This document shows, one piece after another, positions 54,601-64,000 of a DNA stretch of 64,000 nucleotides. The stretch comes from Eledone cirrhosa (lineage: Eukaryota), in assembly GCA_964016885.1 (NCBI GenBank), contig OZ024745.1, positions 56,792,001-56,856,000 on the forward strand, written 5' to 3'. The notes beneath the pieces were generated by a model. It made no database searches. It saw nothing but the letters and a program-made list of their open reading frames with translations, and had not been told where the DNA came from. The position numbers and the translations under genes were made by a program. The first letter of the stretch is position 1; each line of letters starts with the position of its first letter.

Positions 54601-56788
54601 AAAGGACTCAAACACAAAATCAAAAACTCAGTAATTTATTTGTGTATAATGATGCGGCAGTTGGGTTTATGATTATTCAGAGATTTCTCTTTGGAAGATG
54701 TTATAGAACAGAATAAAAATGTCAGTAAATTAAGCCATCAAACGGTTTATACTGAATTATAGGAGATTATAAACTTTCCATAGTGCTTATTGAATAGGAA
54801 TATTTATCAACTATTATATAAATTTCAGTGCTAATATTGCATGTTTCGCTACTTGTGCATATAAATCAGTTTCCTTCTACGTATATTTCAAAGATCTCAA
54901 TTTACTCTAAGAGCAACATAATTGCGTTAATTCAGAATAATTATTCCGCTAAATATTTATAATCCTAACAATTATTATCAATGAAATTAGCCTATTTGTT
55001 TATCCATGATATACGAAGGTTAAAATAAAACGAATATTCAGGTAATGAGGTAATTAGCTTCTTCTGATTTGAAGTGTATGTTGAAATAATTAATCCTTTT
55101 GATAAAGCCATGAACTTGATAATTTAATAGATGACATTCACAGAGAAGACTTTACGCTGAGAAGCACATAATCTATTGAGAGGTTCGATATATATTGGTT
55201 TATAGCGCTTAATTAATGTAAAAAAAAATTTGAGCAAGTTAGATTCGAGTAGAGCAACCCTCTTCAAACTATGCTTACATTTCCCGCATGGATTTTAAAT
55301 GAAATCAGATTTGAGGCAAACAGTACCTTCAGTGCTGGGGCCTCTGTCCGCGTTACCAGTATAGCCCCAATTTACAAATAGTTAATTATCATACGTTAGT
55401 TATACTATAGAAACAACCAGTGCGCTCCTCTCTCTCTGTATATATATATATATATATACGTGTGTGAGAGAGACAGAGAGACAGACAGAAAGAGAGAGAG
55501 ATTGTGTGTGTGTGTCTGTGTGTGAGTGTGTGCGTGCGTGTATGTGTGTGTGAGTTTGTGCGAATTTATGTGTGTAAATATGGTTATTAGAAATATGATG
55601 CTATTTCTGCAAATATTGCTACAAATTATAAGATATTTGCGCCTATCCCACGTTTTATGTCGACCTAATCTTCCCAGTTCTAGATCCGTCTAATGAGCAA
55701 CATACCATAGGCTGTTTGCGTAACTTTCCGATACATTTCAATTGCTACGACAGTGGTTTCTTACGTTTTTATGAGAAGTTTTTTTTAACTGGATATACAT
55801 TTTAAGTAAATCGTTTGAGTCGATAATATTCAACTCGAAATTGTGTCTGAAATTGTGTTTATCATATTAAAATAAATACCCATTATTAATAAACTAATAT
55901 AACCTATCAATTTATTAAAAGAAAAAGAAAGACAATGAAATTTATTTTATATATTTGAATTATTGTGAAATTGTTTCGTTATTTATTGAAAAACTTAATA
56001 TAACAAAGATAGTAAAATAGAAAATAGCACTCTCATTACTCAGAAATCTATTACGCTATTTATAATGTTAATTTGTTTTCGACATGGTCCAAATACGACC
56101 AGTAAAGACAAAGGCAAATGGAATCTCAATAAAGCTAAGTGACATATATCATATTTGTATTTTTTATAAACTGTTTATTTTTTCTTTACATTTGAAATTA
56201 TTGAAATAATTTCGTTTGTAATTTATAGCGAAATTATTGATGTTACTGAGGATATTTTCATCGTCGTCATTGTTTTGTTCATTGTTGTCATACTGGATTT
56301 TAATCTAAGCATAGATTTTTACATTATAACATAACAAATAATGTGTATTCAGAAACTGTCACAAAACGGATTGTTTTACAGATATATTTCGTTATTTATT
56401 CACTGTGATCATTTTTTTGTGTTTTCATTTTAATGTTATGCCTTTATTGTATTTGTGGTTATCGAACTATCAGACAAATCTTTTTTTTAACGTAGTTCCC
56501 TGTTGAAAATGTCAGAACAAATCTCGCCACAGAGCACTTGAATGGATCTTTTTTTAAAAAGAAAAGAAGTATTTGTTATCGAGACGAATATATTATTTTT
56601 ATATTTATTTTGAAAACGGCTGAAATATCTCTTGAGTTTATCATAGACAAATATACCATATATGCGATAAGTTCTTACCATTGGTTTTTATAGAAACTTA
56701 CCAAGTGCCATATTTGTTTCCGATAAACGCACACATAAATGGGAAAACACATAGAGGCACACACAAACACATACGCACGCACACACAC

Positions 56789-56881
<93 letters not shown>

Positions 56882-59800
56882 TGTGTATGTTTTTGTGTGA
56901 TAGTGTTTTCTACTAACTTACTACTTATAATTTATTGTCATACACACAGATACACAAAAAATACATACATATATAGACAGATGTTTCTGTCACATTATAT
57001 ATTGAATAATAATCCCAACCTAAGGAGAATGTGTACATCTCCAAACCTCCCTATGATTTCATAGGATGCGACTAAAACCTTTCCTTGCCAATTCTCTAAT
57101 TGGACAAGTAATTACCCTATGCATGAGTCGCTACACAAGCAAATAAACTTCATCAGCAAGTATTGATTTATAGGGCATCGACACCGGATTTAGTAAGTAG
57201 GCGTTTATATAATGCGACTACATAGATATTAACTGGAAGGAAATCAAGTGGTCACATCGATTACATATGCCTGTGTCTTTCTGCCTCTCAACTTCCACAT
57301 TACTTTCAGACATTCGCACAAATACACACAAAAACATATGTAAATACGCAATCAGACGGCCATACGCAAACCTATATGTTGTTTATATTCAATTTATAGT
57401 TTTATCCATTTCCATTTATAAAGTGCACGGGTCGTAACAATATAAACAATGTGTGAGCTGTTCAAACGTTTATAATCTAAACGTAGATTTTCTATTGTCA
57501 TATGTATCAATCTAAGGGTGGATATTGTCAAATCATAACTTATACATTTATCCATTATCATTTTACTTTGAATAATTGAACAATTATGTTTATGTATATA
57601 GAATATACTGATACTATTTCTTTAAATCTACATAACAATCTATTTATCTATGTATATATAAGTGTATGTAGGTGCATATTTATGTTTATACGCCTGATAT
57701 GCTTCACATGTTAAAGTATGAAATATTCTATGTATAACTTTACTGCAGTTGCAGTTTCATTTACTTTGGCTATATTTCAAAGTGAAATCATCTATTCTTG
57801 AATAAATACGCCTCAGTAATGTAATATTTAAATTCTAAATGCAAACATTTTGACATTTATATGGTTACTGGAATAAAATATCTATTTATTCAGGGTTTCC
57901 TTTTAAAATGTACGCCAAATATGAATACCTATGTTCTAAATGTATCAGTTTTTTTGTAGCAAAGGATATTCTGTATATGTCGTATATTTCTAAACATTTT
58001 AATGATCTGCTGTATATTAAGATAACTTGAGATTGGCGTTTTGCTACACTGCAAATATCATATATAACACATGAATGTATTCACTGGCTATGATAACTCG
58101 ACAAATAACATTAAATATACGTATGAAATATTAGATCATAGAAGATAATAAATATATATATATATCTTTTGATAGGATTTCTTTAAAAAATACCTACCGC
58201 GTAAAACTAATTTCGGTATGATTAGTTTCAGGTATGAGAGCTGGAATAGATTTTGCTTTACTCAGAAATTTTGACTATTCCCATTTCTACTCTCAGAAAT
58301 CCCGTTATATATTATATATGTCTTGAAATTCACCTAACATAGTTGCCTCTATACTATACAACCAGCATGGTTTCATGGTTATGTTATTTGGAATTACTCT
58401 GGAGATGGTATAACATTAAAAAAATCTACCATTGAAAGCACGCACGGTTTGAATTACTAATTTAAATATAGATTCTATGTATACGAACACAAACTTTAGT
58501 AGAGGCCGCACAATTACGTTTACAAGACATTCTTCTGGGGATGTTAGTACGTAAATATTTAACCATGTAACTTGGAATATAGCCCGGAGAACTAAAACAG
58601 AAGATTGTTATTAGTATTTGTAGCGATAATTTCGCATATACTATATAAACCTGCATAATAATGTAACAATGCTGAAGATATTTGCAAATTTGCCTGTTTA
58701 ATGTGTTTTATATTTTTGTGTGTTACTGATTTGAATACTAAGATTTCTCTTTGTTATTCATTTTTCACGACTGCCTGATTTATTTTTATTTTTACTTGTT
58801 GCGGGTTACTATATCTCTCAAACAATTTCGAATCCTCCTCTACCTCTATATAGACGTTAAGTTTACCAAATGAATTAATGTTATCACTATTTAAGGAATT
58901 AGTAAGCTGACTAGAGTTATACGAGGAAAACATGAAACAATATTGGGACATATATTGCTATATTTATAACCTTATTACATCTTTCACAGTTTCCGATGAG
59001 GGACGAATCATTAAGAAAGTGTATAAGAGTGTAGATTTATTGGCATACTTCTTCCTTACTGATATAATATTAAGTTACTACCAAAGAATATTTTGCATAG
59101 AATTATAACAAGTGTACTTATATATGTCAATTATTTATTAGATAATTACTCTTCGATTTTCCTCTACGATATTTACAAGCAAACAAACTTTGCCGTTTAT
59201 ATTAAATATGGGTTTCATATACATTCTTAGCCTAGCATTAATGTCAACCGTGGCCCCCAGAGATAAGGAGTTTTCTTTTCAAACCAGCAAAGTACTTGAT
59301 TTCTGGTCTTCGACAAATATCAGTTTTGACAAGCATTAGAGAATTGCAGTAATGTCAAAATCAGGATTACTGTTATTCTAACTTCCTAATTGCATTCCCT
59401 AAATATGCAAATTGTTTGAACCATAATCTGTCTATTTTCTCTGTCTCTGATATGAAAATAATAACCTCTATTCCTTGTAAATATACCAGAGTTTGAAGAT
59501 AATAAACTTGAAAAACCTAAACATTGATAGTCTATTTTGAAGCTGCTTCATAAACGCGCTCACCTGAAGCAAAGTATTGGTTCTTGATGTTGCACATTAC
59601 ATGACCTGCAACATATATATGAACTAATTTAGGCCTTAAGTAACTTGGAATGTGTTGGGATGAGCCAACGTTATGACGACATTCCACGTAATCACTAAGA
59701 CGAACATTGATGTACGAATATTCTGGGGTAAGCTAAAAAAATAGGGAATGACTCGGCCGATGTTTTATGCTCCATATATCAATATATCAAGTATTTCAAA

Positions 59801-61589
59801 CATGGAGCCATTTCCACTGGCAGAAAGCAACATGTTACATTCTAAGATCAATCTTCCTATGGTACACACCAACGTGTTCCATAAAAATGAAGATGTGATC
59901 CCACATAAGCATGGTGTAGTAACTTTCTGTTCGGCTCATTCAAACGATGCTATTATTTTAATTATCATGGAAGAATGATTACTCAGCAGCACGAATGTTC
60001 CCCTGGCAGTGATGATCATTGCAGAGTTGATTTTATGTGACTATAACGACTTTTTCTCAACCCAAACCCGTTTGCGGAAATACAAAATGTAAGCTTTTTG
60101 TCTATTGTAACGGCCATGAATATGACGCCAGATTTAATGCCGAAAATGGCATACAGGACATTGATGATTATCTTTAAAAGCATGTTCCTTATGGAAGTAG
60201 ACATACCGGCCAAGTAGATATATGTACAATGCTTAATTCAACATTATTTCTAATTAGTCTACTTTCCTACTTTATATACTCATATTTATGACTTGCAAGT
60301 AAAATCACAATTTGTCATATAATAAAATTATCACAAAATCTAAGTACATTGATTTACAATTACTTTCATTGTACTCTATAATTGTAAGCACCAGTGTAAG
60401 AATTTATGATATTATCTGTTCGGTAAATATTCGTTAAACATCTAAATGTCGATGTATGACATAATTTGTAATTCATGATAGCCTTTGGAAAATGCTCGAA
60501 ATGGCAGCATTGCAGCATTGCAGACAAATGCCAACGCCAAGATTTCGGATCTATTAACCTCTGCTGGGGTTGAAATAACTCCGATTTTCCATATATATAT
60601 AATCCAGTAATGAGTCTCGTAGAGATTATCCCGTACACGCTCACGGTTAATACACTAATCCCAGTTCTAATACCACCCTTTATTTTTTTTATTATTTTAG
60701 TTCTTTTTAATTATTTTAAATTCTAGCCTTACGTCACATGCATACATATATCTACACCTCTAACACCACATAAACTAAGAGTAAAAGAAAACATGTTTAC
60801 CGTTTTAAACAAGTTTTATCTAGCTTATATTTTTCAACTATTTTTGCCTTTCCGCTTCCTATAGCTCCCTCATCTCACCTTATGTCTATCTTCTTCCTCA
60901 AACTTCACTTACCTAATACAGCCAACGACAACACAACCCATGATAGATATAAACTTGTTGCTTGAGATGCACAAATGCATTATACACAAAAGTATCTTCC
61001 AGGTCATCTATCTCGCTTTTAATCAGTTCTATGACAACAACGACAAAACAGAAAGAAGCTGCGGGCAAAACTACTTCCCAAGTAAATGTCTATTGCACAA
61101 CGTAACATCAGAGTCAATAAAGCAAGTGCAGATACACTTGTCTTCTTTGAGATCCAATAACAACATCAGGATGTCTGTCATCAACAAAATGAATCGAGAA
61201 AAAATAGAAGCTCCATGACAACAATAAGAACATTTCCCAGACACACGTTAACTGGCGATCACATATTCATCAGCTAATACAAGAGATCAACAAATTGATA
61301 CTCAAAGACACCCCAAACGAAATCAGAATGAAAATTTGAACACCTGCTCCACATGTCACATAATATCCCCACTCCTCCAAAAAAACAGAAACAATAATAC
61401 AATCACAGTTAACTAGAGGCAAATCCCTCACATGGTGGATAATACCACGCTCATCATGACCAACGAAAACAACAGCCTCACATAAAACATACAACACGCA
61501 ACAATCGGCAAATACAGTATAACTGCAAACATACACCTGATATCCAAAACCGCTACCTACACCGCTCGCAACCCAATGGTTAAAGATCT

Positions 61590-62200
61590 CACGCAAACAC
61601 TCCTCGCCGAGGAATTGGCACTGCTGGAGGAGGGACCAAATTTCGCAATAGCCAGCAGGGGCCCAGAGCAGGAAACCACTACTTTCATTTCTAGAATGTC
61701 CTACGCACTATTGTGGATATATTAACACACAACGGGGGGGGGGGGCAAGACAATACATACACCATAACACAATTCACGGAGTGTTCCACGAACACCCGCA
61801 AGAGATGATCCTAAAAACCATGAGAAGGAAGCATAGACAACCAGCGCCAGCGTGTCTGACAGTACTCTACCTCCTATCTGATAAAGGATGAGAATTTTGC
61901 GTAGTTGACAACAACAGATACCAAGAAGCTGCGCTATCACATCTCTCATAAAGCAGTAGAATAGAAAACCATTCAAACAACCTCTGGAAAAAATTCTCTG
62001 GTATCATGCAAATTATCAGATACATACAACATCTTTCTAGCTCACTACTACACGATGCCTTGGTTCTACTGCCTGGTCTAGGACACAGAGAAACTGATCC
62101 AACTAAAATTCCGTCCGTTCATTGCCAACACTAGCTTTCTCTCCGGAAATGTAATAGTTATAACATGGTCACTCACACCAGTAACAGCATATATCAGCAT
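61590..62200 (+). mobile_element. Old Penelope-like relic (N-terminal region and start of RT)
   Basis: EELALLEEGPNFAIAS and PWFYCL..LKFRPFIANT (cf. L.KGLNFAI and P.FYGLPK.HK..RPI). Confidence 0.4.
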
Positions 62201-63858
62201 GACTCGAAAATAGCTGAAGCGCATATTAACCCCTTCACAATAATTTGGTAAAATACATCAAAATTGCATTCAGCTTAGAAGTACGATGCATGTACACCAG
62301 TATTCAATCAGAAACTTTTTTAAATGATTCATGTATATATTTGTAGCTAGATTTAGATTATTCTATCAAGGCAGGATTGGTAGCCAGAACCCATTTATGC
62401 TAGTATTTGATGAGTTCAGTTCCTTCCTGTTATTTCGGGGGTCGTTTCAAACTTTTCATTTATTCATGATAAAAATACGACCACTGTTACGTTGAATTTT
62501 CGTGGATTCTAAATATAAATATAAATTAAAAGACAATCTGGAGAAACGAATAAATAAAACAATAAACGATAGAATATTATATAGCTACCACACCTGACAA
62601 ATCAGAATAAAAAATGTGTTCGTGCTTTTACTATCTTGATATATAGCGAATACATGTAAAACGTAAATATAAGAGACATTGCGTATATGAGAGACTGAGG
62701 GAAAGAAAATATTACAGGAAATTCATTTTACAGAGAGAAACGGGATAGGTAAGAATATCTATACAGAATGCTAGCTGGAAATTACACAGCCTTGCATATA
62801 TACACAGGCACACACATAAACAGAAATGAGTTTTCGTGTATGCACATCTTAACACATATATTGCTTGTTATAATAATGAAGTCAATTCAAACGTTAAGTG
62901 TACTTAGCGAAATCTCAACATCTGGTTGTATTTTGAACAGCCCTCAACGTAAACTTTTTTTTCATTCTTTGTGAAATTATGTTTAAAACAAGAATAAATA
63001 ACTGACAATTTTTTAAAAAATTACTCCTGGCTATTAACCGGAAAGCGTTATGCAAACAGATGAAGCAACAAGTGCTAATGATAATACGAACAAATAATAA
63101 ACTATGCCACAGTTTTATTTTTTATGTTAATTGTATTCATAATATATTCTGCACGGTTAGGAAGTAGTCTCAATGTTGTCGTTTCTTCTCGACAATGGTT
63201 TTGGAATAACATATAGTATTCTATTTGAAAGTAGCAACTGTCGTAGCAGAATTATAAAAGTTCGCTGAAATACTTTGCTATATCTTGTTAAATTATTGTC
63301 GTGGTAGGCTCGTGTGAATATAATATTTACTTTGATATATTAACCCTACTATAACCTACTATAGGAAATTACTTTAAACAATAGCTGTTGTTATTTACAA
63401 TCCTGCAAGAAAATGGCCTATAGAAAAAAGGTCAAAAACCGTTTCGCCTCTCAGTGACTAATGTAGTAGGCATAAAAGTGTGAAAATATTATCTTTACTA
63501 CGTTCATTGCCAGAATATAAGTGATATGAAGCCAACATTTCTCCAAGTTATATCAAAGAAGGTATTTGAACAAAACAATGTAAATTAGTGTATCACTCGC
63601 CTATTGTATGTGGGTTTGTCAGCAAACAAATATTAGGTCTAACGCATGATATAAAACTGAAAAATCAACCGCTTCCTAGATGGATCTCTACATTTGTGCA
63701 TGCGAACATCGGAAGATCAATAATTTTAGATGACTGACCGACAATTTATTATAATATTAAGCTGTGGTACATTATAATTGTATAGTTGAAATTTGAAAAC
63801 ATCACATTTATTTCTTCACAAACACAAACCTCCCCCCCCCCCCCCCCCCCCCCACACA

Positions 63859-63937
<79 letters not shown>

Positions 63938-64000
63938 GCGCGAACGCACACAGAAACTGTCTCATTCACTCTTTCTTCCTTTGCACTATCGTATTGTATA

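Noticed and set aside
50600-64000. Host exons in the AT-rich unique-looking region
   Set aside because: No recognisable protein similarity in the ORF track; short exons cannot be excluded without RNA-seq.

Overview
AT-rich eukaryotic, probably intronic or intergenic, DNA. The tRNA-derived Deu/Nin-type SINE and the dense (TA)n/(CA)n/(TAA)n/(GAA)n arrays suggest a coleoid cephalopod such as Octopus (inference). I found no host protein-coding exon; most ORFs in the track are microsatellite artefacts. The window holds: two Penelope-like elements (PLEs); a ~13 kb nested pile-up (17.8-30.6 kb) of R4/Dong-type RLE retrotransposons, Tx1-like LINE 3' ends and SINEs inside (TAA)n tracts, including a near-intact 1130-codon R4/Dong ORF with one internal TAG; and RTE, CRE-like and mariner relics. 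The most striking unexplained signal is a set of about ten type-I hammerhead ribozyme (HHR)-like motifs from several unrelated sequence families. Most occur as short ORF-less foldbacks (two HHR/pLTR modules back-to-back, pointing outward) embedded in (TA)n runs. They include a sub-family with a ~45-nt conserved insert in helix II and an apparently perfect palindrome with 296-bp arms. All calls were made by eye; no searches or folding programs were run.
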